Shown here: positions 36,511 through 48,110 of the stretch, one piece after another | Layout: every line of letters begins with the position of its first letter | Position numbering within the stretch: the first letter of the stretch is position 1 | Notes under the pieces: model-generated | Seen by the model: only the letters and a program-made list of their open reading frames with translations | What the model was told of the DNA's origin: nothing | The model's database searches: none | Assembly: GCF_009834535.1 (NCBI RefSeq) | Contig: NC_045698.1 | Coordinates: 5,954,001 to 6,018,000 of the forward strand | Direction of reading: 5' to 3' | DNA from: Camelus ferus | Taxonomy: Eukaryota | Length of the DNA: 64,000 nucleotides | Position numbers and translations under genes: made by a program

Positions 36511-39500
36511 TGACCTGTGGTGACACATTTTGCAGACATTTAGAATTTCTGTTACCCCCATAAAAGTGGCTGCCAAGAATTACCTCCTGCCCCCTAGTAC
36601 CCATCTTGGAGTGAAGAAAACGTCCAGCTGGCACCTCTAATCCGTTCTGAGTGAGATCATCGGTGTGCACTTGGCAGACGCCTCTTACGGTCACACACTC
36701 CCTTGGTGAGGAATCGGGACTTTGACCCTTTGGGACTGACCTGTAGGGTTCTGTTTGCTCAGACAGTCCCGGGTGAGCAAATCCAGTTTGGATTTTGAAT
36801 TGATTGAGGAAATGCCTTTCTCGTTTGGGTATATTGTTCTCTGATGTTGCTAAAGCTAATAATTAATGAAATTCTTAATAAGCAAAGTTGGTAGGGTGAC
36901 CACAACAAACTCTAGTAAGAATTGACCTTAAGATCAACTAAGATGGAAGAAGCAAAGAACCAATAGTAATTATGGTCTGTGTTACATGCCACTGATCCAA
37001 AAGGAAACAAGCAGTGAATTAAGTCATAGATTTTAATCTACATAGATGCAGAAGACCTGTCTCAAGCTGCAGAATTACAAGAAAAAAGATCCTTTACAAT
37101 CTTTGAAGAACATTAGGTCACAAAGTTTATTTCCCAGCTCTGGACCCCTGATTTTTCAGTTATTTGGGGATTTTTTTTAAAGCTTATTTTATCTCAAACT
37201 TTCCTAAGCAGAGATTTCATAGCTATTCTGATCACCCTTTAATTTTAACGTGAGGCAACACTGGCTGTGCTGCCAGAGGATTTAATTTAGAGTGGGTGGT
37301 TTCGTAAATCCATCAAGAGCACCAGGGCGGGGAACCAATTTAGTTATTTTCTCCTTTGAGAGAATACAGACTGCTGCAGTGAGAATTTGAGTTGCTCAGC
37401 CTTGGGTGGACCTTATTTTCCATGCTGAGGAGCTAGCATCTTTTTTTTTTGTTAGCTATTTTATGTTACTGTCTAGAGAAGACTGCCCTTCCTTATGTGA
37501 GACCCAGAGGAAGAAGGCGTTATTCGTTCTAAGGGAAGGAACTGTAATTTGCTCAGGGGAGGAGGGATTTCCGTTTGTAGGGGTGTTAGAATATAATGAC
37601 AAGCGGTGGGAGTGTTGTTGGCATTCTGAGAGGTGCATTTTTCATCGGAGATTACCATCTCTCATATCGCAGGACTTTCAGTAAACCTACCCCCGTCCCC
37701 ACCGTGTCCCGCTCAGGCACTAGAGCAACCAGAACAGCTCTGCCCACTCCCCTGTGTCCCACAGAGGGGCAGGAGTAATCACATTTGGGACTGAGGTTCT
37801 TGACGGGACCAGGCCTTGTAGCTCTTTTGACCACGTTGTTTTAGAACCTCTGGGTGAGAGGTCTAAACCCCACAGGCCACGTGAAATTTTACTTTACAGG
37901 GTCCCTGCAGGTTATGGGGCCATATATTTGGAACAGAGCCAGTTCTCACAGGCTGCAACAAAGCTGTAGAGCTAAGCTGGAATGAGGTCAAGCGCAGGTC
38001 ATCAGTTCAGTAAAACCAAAATGGCACTTGAGCATCAGCAAATGGGTACGTCTTGAGAGTGGTCATAGGCAATAGTAGGGATGCAATAGTCACCTGACTC
38101 TGAACCGCAAGGGCCAAGGCACTGGCCCACAGGAACCTGAATAGGCATTCGTGGCCCACAGAGGGCTTAGCAAGCAGGTGCAGCGTGGGCACAGCCTCCT
38201 GGGGAAGTGCTTAAGGGGCAGCCTCTTCCTCTCCAACCTACACCATGAGGAGGCCCAGCTATGCTCATGACTGAGTGGGAAATTCTACTTAATTCAGGAG
38301 TTCAAAGTTGCTATCCCATCTGAGATGCATTTTCTAGTTGCTCTCCACCCCACCCTGGCCAGGAATAAGCTGCCTGCAGAAATGGTTGTTCATGATTATT
38401 CTTACTTTAGAGGAACAGGGCACAGTGCCCACGCCACTGCAGTCTTGTTTGGCGGGGTGGGCTGGGAAGGCTGCAGGGCTGGGATGTGAACTCAAAGCCC
38501 CAACAGGTTCCCTGCCCAACAGAGATTCACGTTGTCTGACTCACAGAAACTGCTGCCTGTAATGAGACAATCAATTAATCTAAAATGAAGCCCTCATACG
38601 CTAGGGTTGTGAGGGTTGGTGGAACTGCTGAAAGTATTCAGTAAATTATTTAGGGGAATATTATGGCTTCATGGAGGAAGGAGTTAAACTAATGTCATTA
38701 TGGAGGAAAGTGTGAGAGTTTGGACAGAGAATGCTGATGGTTTCGTATTAGACTGTTTCCTTATAAAAGTGACTTCAAAGACTGCAGATAGCATCTGACA
38801 TATGAAATGAAAGGGAGTTCTAACAGAGGTTAAAATAAGACTTCAAGTTTATGTTGCTTTATTTGTTTCCTTATACAACAGGTACACAAAAAGACCAAGT
38901 CACATGCTGGGAGAATGGCTGTGGAATTTGGTAGTAAAGGATTTAGTCTCACTGAATTGTTTGAAGCTATTTTGAGACAATGTTTGCTGTCGTATTATCA
39001 AAATTCACCTGTGATCCAGCCAAGAAGAGTGAAATCTCTGGAGTCCTGTATGATGGTAGGTCTCAGTACCTTCTGGAAAGCAGTCCTTGTGCTGGACAAT
39101 TGCATTGGCCTGGGGTGCTAAAGGGACGTGCATTAGTGTGGGGCTGAACTGGGAACACAGAGATGGGACCCTTTCAATCATACTACTCTACTGATGGATA
39201 CTAGTGGTCCAATATCAATACCAATATCATTATCCGATACCAATATCAATTCCAGAGTGGCAATTATGATACGAACTCAAAATGGATTGTTTTCTAATCT
39301 TCAGAAGTATTGACATTTGAATCATTTTTTTAAAAGCCAGTGTAAAATTTCCCAGTTTCTCTCCTAAGCTGATGCTCTGGAATTCCATCAGAGATGGGAA
39401 CCTTATCTTTAGTAATCTCTACACAGGACTGCTCGGAACCTTAAAGCTTGCCTTGATTGTAGCCACATAGATCTCAGAGGCGCCATCTCCCCAAGCAAGG

Positions 39501-39940
39501 GAAGACTGAATCCATGTGGTTCCCCAGCTCCATGGAGACATCTGGGTTCTGGGCATGGCCCAGGGCCCTGAGGGTTTAGTGTCATTGGTGTTTTCAAGGT
39601 CATGAGAGTGTTTCCCCACCACTCTGCAGAGGATGCACTTAATTGGTGCCTTGGGAATAACTAAAGCAGCGATCTTTTCAGTTTTCACAAACCGCAGGCT
39701 TCAAATGACTAAGGATGGGTGAGCCATCTTTATGGCTATCCTTGGGGTTACACTTACGGCTTCCTCTTGTGGAAAACCCCTTTAAAGAAACTAAATGCTA
39801 AGCAGAATTGCTTTTAAGGTGTACACAAACCCTTTGCTAAATTGAAAAAGAAATCAGAGGATTTTTTTTATTAATTTCTACAAATTGACAAAATAAGAAG
39901 GACCATTTTTAGTGTTATGTCCAACTTAATGGTGGCCTCT

Positions 39941-40312
39941 TGTCCTAGTCTGCTCAGGGCCGTCATGACACCACCGCAGGCCAGGCGCTGAGCAACCGAC
40001 TTTTATTTTCTCACAGTCTGGAGGCTGGAAGCCTGGGAACGAGGGGCCAGCGCATTGGTTTCTCCTGAGGCCTCTCGCCTCGGCCTGCAGACGGCTGCCT
40101 TCTCTTCCTGCCGCCTCCTCACGTGGCCTCTCCTCTGTGAGCACACCCTCCTGGTGTTGCCTCCTCTTCTGATTTGTCCTGTTGGATTAGGGCCCCACCC
40201 TGATAACCCTATTTAGTCTTAATTACCTCCTTAACAGCTCTATTTCCCAAATACAGTCATGTTGGAGATTAAGCTTCAACCTATGAATTTTCGAGGAACA
40301 AAATTCAGACCA
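39941..40312 (-). mobile_element. ERVL-MaLR solo LTR (MLT1A-like)
   Basis: 'ttttctcacagtctggaggctggaag...tctcctgaggcctctc...ggattagggccccaccct...cttaattacctcctt...ttcaacctatgaatttt'; related to the copy at 18957. Confidence 0.9.
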
Positions 40313-40893
40313 GGGAGTCCCTCACGAGAGGGGCTTTCTGGGTGACGTGATGCGCGCGCACCGGAAATTAGGCCGTAGGATTCACGCTCAGCTGTGCTGA
40401 TGTAGAACCGGCAGGTTAACAAGCTTGTGGGGGCTTGTTCACCTGAATTGCCACAGAGACTGACAGGAATGTAATAAAATGAAATAGACAGATACATCCG
40501 AGCACATTTCCAGACAAGTTAAGGTCATGTCACAGTTACCTCCGTGGGTCGGAGCCTGGCACTAACAGGGCTCTGAAATCAGGATCCCGCATGGGTCAAT
40601 TAACTTCTCAGAGATACAAACTCTGAAACATGTCCCCAGAAGGCAGCACAGACCCAGGATGTCCTTCCCAGAAACACCTCCTCAGAGCATCTGAATTAGA
40701 GAAAGGTGATCCATTGTCACTACTTAATTAGAACCCAAGGTATAAGCCCTTGAAATAATATATTCATGTTCAAATTTTGGTGCACAGTGGTAAATGGCTT
40801 TCAGGTAACTTGGAGCAGTTCACCTCACAGAGACCATGCAAGAGTGTATCCACTACCTGGCATACGCCTAATTCATGCTGTGCGTTGCAGTTA

Positions 40894-40929
40894 AAACAAA
40901 CAAACAAACAAACAAACAAACAAACAAAC
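40894..40929 (+). repeat. (AAAC)n microsatellite
   Basis: About 9 tandem AAAC units. Confidence 0.95.
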
Positions 40930-41659
40930 ACTTTTGCCTACCCAACAGAGGGAATGGGTTTTTATTGTTTGAAATTTGTGATGTTTTACTAGGGAGGTGA
41001 ACGTTTATTTGCGAGCGCTTATTGACCTTTTTTTTTTTCCCTCTTTTCTCAGTGTCTCATGTTCTTCATCTCTTCTCTAGAACATTTTAAGGTTTTCCAG
41101 ATTGACATCCATAAGAGGGTTTTCGGAAGATCACAAACAGGTAAAATATTAATATTTATTCTGTGCTTATTATGCTTCAAGAGTCATGCTTAGTGCTTTT
41201 ATTCTATTATCTTATTTAATTTAGTAATAACACACAGAGCTTAACATTTGCTCTATCAGGTTTCCCTAACATGTGTAAAATTGCCCCCCTCCTAACCAAA
41301 ACTTAGCCTTGAAAGTGAATTTATAATGAATCTTATTGGCTTCATGAAGGAACAAGTCAGCACGAATAATAATACAGACTTTTCTATGCGGCAGTCAGTC
41401 CAGATCTGATTATTTTCTTGCGACCTTCATGTGACTCATTAGCTGGATTGTAAATCACTGTTTCATCTGTGTGAACGTAGTAGTCACCCAACAAGAATTT
41501 ATCTTTTCTTTCTCCCTTCCTTCCTTTCTCTTTTTCTCCCTCCCCCTCTCCCTCTCATTCTTTCTCTCTTTTATAATCAGACCAAAGGGAGATAACTGTC
41601 TAAAGGTAGCAAGCAGATGCTTGTAATGAAAAGATCACGATGCCCTGCTGTGAATTCTT

Positions 41660-42230
41660 AAGAGTCGCTCCTGGCGTGGGGAGCGTTGGGCATCGCACGT
41701 TCCTTTTCACCAGCCGGGGCTCCGCTCTGCACGCATACTAGCGGGTGTAGACAGACCTCCAGGTCTGAGCACAAGCCCCAAGTTTCTTCATTGGCTTGAA
41801 ATACACGGGGCCCTAACTGACCAAACAGGAGCGCAGACACACCCGAGGCCGCGCTGAGCGCGCGCCCCTGGCGGACGCCGGGCGCCTCCGGACCCGGCCC
41901 TGGAGGGGGAACGGAGTCGGTACGGCTTCCAGGGGCGGGATGGGCTCCCTGGGCCGTTCGACGCATTTGTGCGGAGAAAGCTGGGCCGCGGGGTCGGATG
42001 AGGCCCTGGACCCCGTGGCCGAGCCTCCCGGGGCCCTGGTGCCCGCGGCCCCGCCGACAGGGGCGGGAGAGGCCCGGAGCCTGGCCGCCCGCGCCGCCGC
42101 CCCCCGGGCCCAGGGCGCCCGCGCCGCCCGGTCCACCGCAGCGCCGCAGCCGCGCCGAGCGCCGGGCCGGCGACGGGTTTTAGCTGCATCCGCCGTTACA
42201 GGCAGTAGCTTCGCCGGAGAGAGTTGACTT
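41660..42230. promoter_or_regulatory. CpG island, probable promoter or poised enhancer
   Basis: Very high GC and CpG density against an AT-rich background; GC boxes GGGGCGGGA at 41932 and 42060; reverse CCAAT box (AGCCAATGA on minus) at ~41788-41796. Confidence 0.9.
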
Positions 42231-42999
42231 TTTTTTTTTTTCTATAAAGTTCATTTGTGAAATTCATTACAATCTCGAATTCTTAAAGTAGACTTTTTTA
42301 TGGCCTCGTGGTTGTTTTTTTCCTCCAATCTTTTGAAAGGAGGGAAGTCCTTTCTGTGCAGCTAGAAAGTCCCAGCTGGATGACCGTGGTCAGAGCCGCC
42401 TTTGCTGGGCGAGGAGGCTGAACAGCGTGGAGGTCCGTCTGTCCTGTGCGCCAGGCGGGTCCTAGTCCCCGGGCTTCTGGGTTGAATGACAGGAATGGGA
42501 CGTGTTACCTCACGCAGCAGACAGCCCGCATTTGGAAATCGAGTGTTAGAAGCTGCAAGAAGCTGCAAGAGATGCGGCTGTTCCTGCTGGTGTCATTACC
42601 ATAACTGTGTACGGTGGGCAACCCAACAGCCCTAGCCAGCAGAGGTTTATTCAGACCTAAAATATTGAAAGACTTTCAATTTAGAAACAATGGCACGCAT
42701 TAGATCATTCCCTAAATATTTACTGAACACTTGTGATGTGCCATTGCGCATCCTTGGGCTAGAAAAAAAGCCCCCTCTTGATTATCCATTTCCTCCCTTA
42801 AAGGGTTTATCCACGCCCACAGCATCCCGGGTTCCAGCTGGTTCCTGACCCCAGCAGAGGCCACCTCAGTCCTGCGGGCCTGACTGGTGGGTAGACCCTC
42901 TCCTCCTCCTACGTCAGCGACTGGGGCTGGCCCAGCTCCTCCCACAGCCCCGGGTCTGCCAATCACATCATTTCCTTCACTGGTGCCAGGGGTTTGCGC

Positions 43000-43560
43000 G
43001 TTCCCGGGGTTTGCCTTCACTGGAGTCACTTTTGATTCAGCACTTCCCTGCACTCCCCATCACCACGTCTGGAGAACTCTTCATGTCCTCTGTTCCTTGT
43101 GTCATTTCTACTGCTCCCACCACCACCTGCCACTCACCCTGATACCTGGATCATTGCAACCGTTCCTTAACTGTTCATTACTATCCCTGCAGCTTCCCTC
43201 CCAGCCCCCCAGCCCCCTCCTCCCTTTCCCTAAAGCACATCTACCCAACCTGCTGCAGCCAGGTTAATCCACTTTGACTGTCAGGTTCACAAACTCTTAA
43301 GAGATTTGGGACCATTTACAATATGGCTCCAGCATTTACTTCCATCTTTCTCACTCTTCTTTCTACGAAATCTCTGCTTCAGGCTTGTTGATTAATTTGT
43401 AGCCCTTAAAGTATGCCAGGTACTTTGGCTTCATTTTATTCTCTAGTCTCTGTTGTGTTTCTTCTCCTACCATTTTAACTTAATCATATTCACACTTTGC
43501 AAGTCTAGCCATCTCTTCTAACCCAGATTTTCCTAGCCCCCCATCTTCCTGCTCTTCTGA
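43000..43560 (+). mobile_element. Diverged L2 fragment (a short antisense L2 3' end also lies at ~42700-42765)
   Basis: 'tggagtcacttttgattcagcacttccc...cctggatcattgcaaccgttccttaactg'; 'cattccctaaatatttactgaacacttgtgatgtgcca'. Confidence 0.6.
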
Positions 43561-43879
43561 TCTCTGCATTATTGTCAGCTCCAGTAACTGAGCCTTTTCA
43601 GTCAGGCCCCCGTGTTTCCACAGCTTCCATAAAACCACAGATGAGCTTTTCTGCATTATCAGAGGGTCTCAGGTTGTCCTGTCTCCATCCAGGGCTGGAC
43701 GATATGATCTTTCTTCATCATCGTCAATGTATCCGTCAGAGAACAGGCAACATGCTGCCTGCTGGAGTTTATAAGTACTGTAGACTCCCTGGTCCCGGGA
43801 CACTCACAACAAAGTAATAGCTACACATGTAACAATAGGCAAGTACATTTCAATGAAGAAGACGGTTGGCAGGATGCTA

Positions 43880-44060
43880 TGCCAATAGGTTTGAGTCTGT
43901 AGGATCTAGATTTAAATACCTGCTCTATTAGTTACTATTTCCGTCTCACATAGTATCCGTGTTCAGTTATCTTCTCAGGAAGATGAAATTAGAAATAACT
44001 CTACCATATGACAGCTGCGAAGTTGAACATGATCATTTGATGTGGCCCTCAGCTCGGCTC
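43880..44060 (+). mobile_element. MIR SINE, diverged
   Basis: 'atctagatttaaatacctgctctattagtta...ttcagttatcttctcaggaagatgaaattagaaataactctacc'. Confidence 0.55.
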
Positions 44061-45511
44061 CCGGCCCCGCATACAAGCACAGCCGTGGTGCAGGCTGTTG
44101 TTATAACTCAGCCCAGGCACCAGGGAGCCTGCCTGAGGCTCGGGAACAGGGAAGGGGGCAAGGAGTGTTTCCTCTGTGGGGGTAAAGGCATTCAAGCATC
44201 AGGGTAAGACAGAAAACTTAGTAAAAATTATTTACTCAGCTTCTGTTCTCAGTACTTATTCTCCTGAAAAAAAAAAAAAAATCTCCATGGAAGGATTTGA
44301 TACAAAATACAAGAAAGGGGGAAATAATGAATTAAAATTCAGCTTTATAACATGCAATGTATTTAGATAGCAGTATTACAACCTGGAAATACTGTTTTAG
44401 GAGAGAATTTTACATATTCCTGTGTAACTCCTCCTAGGAAATGTTAAGGACTAAACTTGGTTAACAGAGTCTATAAAACACCCCTCAGCTCAAAAACACA
44501 CTCCTCCTCCCACTCAGGGCAGTGGGCGTCAAAGAGATGCTCACTCTTCTCTGGCCCAGCTGTGTGGGAAGGAGGAGGGAACGGGGCATTGGTTCGGCTT
44601 CTCCCACCCCTGGAAAGTCAGGCAAGGAAACCCGTCCTCCCAACCCCACAATGATGTGTGGGTCAAATATCCTCTCCCCTGAAACCTGGACTTTTGCGAG
44701 GGAGAGAAAGAAGGAGGGGCAGCCCTCACAGAAACTGAGCATTTTCTGAATGACCTGAGTAAATTATTGATATGATGAAGATTTAAACTGTCTGGGCACA
44801 TAGTAAGCGGTTTTGGTTCAGTAGGACAGAAAATAAGTTTTGGACAAAGAAAGGGCTTAAAATATACTCGCACATCTTTTCTTACTCAGATTTGCACCAT
44901 CGTTCTGTTAGCAGGGACGGAGGTGAGAAGCCGTGTTCTGACGGTGGGAAACACTCAAATTCAGTGGTCGGAGTGGAGCTGGCGGAGTCATGTCTCATGC
45001 AGTCACGTCCAACCTGCACGTCCTCAGGCCGCGGCGAGAGCATAACGGGTCTGGGGGAGCGCGTGCTCTGGGCGCCCAAACGCCAGGCTGACTTGTGTTC
45101 GTGTCTATTTTATAACTTTTATCAGCAACCAGATGGCCTCCCTAAAGTCAAAATAGCCTCTTTTGTCATCTTATCATGCTTTTTTCCTTGTCTAACGTTT
45201 TGCTTCACATTTTGTTGCTAGCACAGTATTATGTGGAAGCCCAGAACACGCCGCCGCAGTTAAGGGGGACACTGGCCGTGAGAAGGAAGGAGAAGATCTT
45301 TCCACAAAGAAGATGGAGAGGAGGAGAAATTCAAGAAAGCTCTGCTTATAATTGTTACTTTTTTTTTTTTGAAAAAAATTACAGGAAAGTGTTCTGAAAT
45401 ATTGCCATTTTCACTGTTCTCATGGACTGGTGAGTGTCTGAAAGGAGCTGGGAAAAGAAAGCTTGGAGACAGAAACCAGAGACGATGTTCTGGTCCAGCC
45501 AGTATCCTGCC

Positions 45512-45819
45512 TGCCATGGACTGAATGTTTGTGTCCCCTCAAATTCCTATGTCGAAGCTGTACCCTCGGTGAGAAGGTGTTTGGAGGTGCGACCTTCAGG
45601 AGGTAATTAGGTCATGAGGATAGAACATTCATGATGAAATTAGTGTCCTTTCAAAAAGGAGGAGGTAGGACATCTTTTTCTCGCCACTGAGGCACTGTCT
45701 GCAAACCAGGAATAGGCTCTTACCAGTCACCAAATCTGCCAGTACCTTTGAGAAATAAATGCTGTTTAAGGCAGCGAGTCTGTGGTGTTCTGTCACAGCA
45801 GCTCAGGCAGACTGAGACA
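45512..45819 (+). mobile_element. ERVL-MaLR solo LTR (MLT1A/MST-like) with near-perfect 5-bp TSD
   Basis: tgccatggactgaatgtttgtgtcccctcaaattc...agaaataaatg...gcagactgagaca; flanks ctgcc / ctgct. Confidence 0.9.
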
Positions 45820-47761
45820 CTGCTGGTGTTTTCCACTCAGTGTTATCACGGCAAGCCCAGGGCAGAAAGAGCCCTGTGTGCTTGTTCCTCAAGGGTCTGC
45901 TGCCAGTGACACTGGGCATGAAAATCCTTCTGTTAAGCAGACTGCACTGCGGTTCCCCAGTGATTCCGAGGCAAAAGCATGGCCTCCCAGGGCACAAGGC
46001 TGGCAGCCTGGCAGTTAACCACTGAAGACCACAGGACAGATTATCTTTCCCCAAATTTATCTTTGCAAACAAAACCTACAATTACTGGTTTTAATCTGAA
46101 AGCAATCTGTTCATACATTTTCATGAAAATCAAAATACAGTAAAATGACCAAAGCACAGGCATTTCTGAACATTTTATCAGACAGGCACAAGCTACCTTT
46201 TCTAAACATTAGACACTAAGAAAAAGAACATTGTGTGTGTGTAAAGATTCATATTTCCTTGGACACTAGTCCACAAAAATATATTTATCTGAATTGAATT
46301 GAATGATGGTCCTGAAAGCTACTCTTAATCAGCAGGCGCAGAGTTAATTTAACTGTCTATTCTAGATTGCCTATTAATACTTCTTGTAGGATGTTGTCGA
46401 GTCACCTTTATAGCAGGTAATAAAAAATTAAAGGACTGGCCTCTGAAGTGTGGATCAGAGCAAAACTCAGGCACAGCGAAACCTGTCTGATTTACGCCCT
46501 GACCGTCATGGGTGTTTTAACATCGGGCCTTGCTGAAGTCAAGCCTGGGTAAGGCCTTGCTGCAGAGCGGGAAAGAGAAACCAGGGCTTTCTAGAGTTTA
46601 ACCTTCATTCCTATGAGCCCTTGTTTAGTTTAACCTTGCTATTTCCCACAGATATTTCCCCCTCATCCTGCCAAGCACAGAGGGGGAAAAAAAAGAAGAT
46701 AAAGAATGAATTCTGGGCATCTTGGGACACAGCAACTCCAAAGAAAACCTACTGAATTCTCAAAAATGCATTTGCATGGTCTATATTCCATCCAACTTTC
46801 TCCAGCATGAGTCCTCAGTTCCTCACTGAGAACAATGGGCACCACTTCCAGAAGGAATGCTTTTTAGTGCCTGGGATACTGGGCATGGTTACATATGCCC
46901 TGACGATGTGAAATCTTCAGGAGTTTTGTGAGCTGACTGATATCAAATGGGTAGCTTGAAATTGGCCATCATGGGAGTATATCCACCATAGAAATTGCCA
47001 AGGACATCTTTGCTCCACTCCTCGGAAGGGAAATGTCGAAGGGACGTTTCCAGCTGCTCTCCTCCCCTGGAGAGGAGAGACTTCCCAGCGTCTGACCTGA
47101 GCCTGATTGCCTTTGGTCCTCTGGACTTCATCTCTTTCCAGACCCGCTGCCCCGAGAAGCTCCTGTCCTATGTGGATTTGACTTAACAAAGTGGCCACTG
47201 GTCTGAGACTGTCTGGTCCTGTCTATTTCGGTGCGTAAGTTTCCTTCCCTGTGAAATATGAGGAAGCCCATGGTGGCCACACATCTAGGTTGGTTAGGAC
47301 AGCAGTAGCTGTGGTTGCACGAAGTGTCCGCCTCTCAGAATCCTGGATCTGCCCTCAGTTGGTGCCAAACTCAGAAGGAGAAAAGAAGATGCATGGCCCT
47401 GTCCTTCTGAAATACTCCCAACATTTAACCACTTTCTTGACTTCTTTGTAATTAAAGTGTCTCCCAAATCCACCAACTCTCTCAAAAACTACAGATCCAT
47501 GCATTCAATTCCCTTCTACTCCTCCATTACAAAAATTACTTTTAGAATTCTTTTCTCAAGGAGTCCACAGCATTATCTGCAGTTTTTTGCAGTCTAGTGT
47601 TGCTCACAAGTAATTCCTTTGTGTTAGACTCCTACACATTTGCTTAGATACGAATCATCCAGCAGTGTCTCCTGGAGATGACTCTTTTCCTTTCCTTTTT
47701 GTCTCTCACATATAGGAGGCTCGAAGTCACCCTTGCCGTCTGCTTTTAACTCTGAAAGTCC

Positions 47762-48110
47762 TGTATGGGAGCCTTATTGTGTAAACTTGGCTGGATCTTG
47801 GTGTCCAGATATTTGGTCCAACATCATTCTGGATGTTTCTGTGAAGGTGTCTGTTTAAGATGGGATTAACACTTAACTCAGTGGACTCTGAGAAAAGCAG
47901 ATTGCTGTACATCCTATGAATGGGCCTCATCCAATCAGCTGAAAGTCTTCATAGAAGAAAGACTGACCTCCCGTGAGGAAGAAGGAGTTTTGCCTCCAGA
48001 CAGCCTTTGAATTTGAACTGCTCTTTCCTGAAGCTTCCTCTTCATATTTGGACTCTCCAAAATAGAGTGAATCAATTTCTCCAATAAAGAGAGAGAGACA
48101 GAGAGAGAGA
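47762..48110 (+). mobile_element. ERVL LTR (MLT2 family)
   Basis: 'ccagatatttggtccaacatcattctggatgtttctgtgaaggtgt...tgggcctcatccaatcagctgaa...gactgacctccc'. Confidence 0.85.

Noticed and set aside
39941..40312. CpG retention in an MLT1 LTR as evidence of exaptation
   Set aside because: The related LTR at 18957-19336 has a similar CpG count (about 11 versus 12 by eye), so this looks like a regional or family trait
41658..42227. Overlapping 60-133 aa ORFs on both strands of the CpG island
   Set aside because: Ala/Gly/Pro/Arg-rich frames are expected where GC content suppresses stop codons; no recognisable domain
41860..42865. CTCF-like sites (CCGCCAGGGGCGC on minus near 41862-41874; CCAGCAGAGGCCAC at 42851)
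   Set aside because: Both miss a core G of the consensus; not supportable without PWM scoring or ChIP
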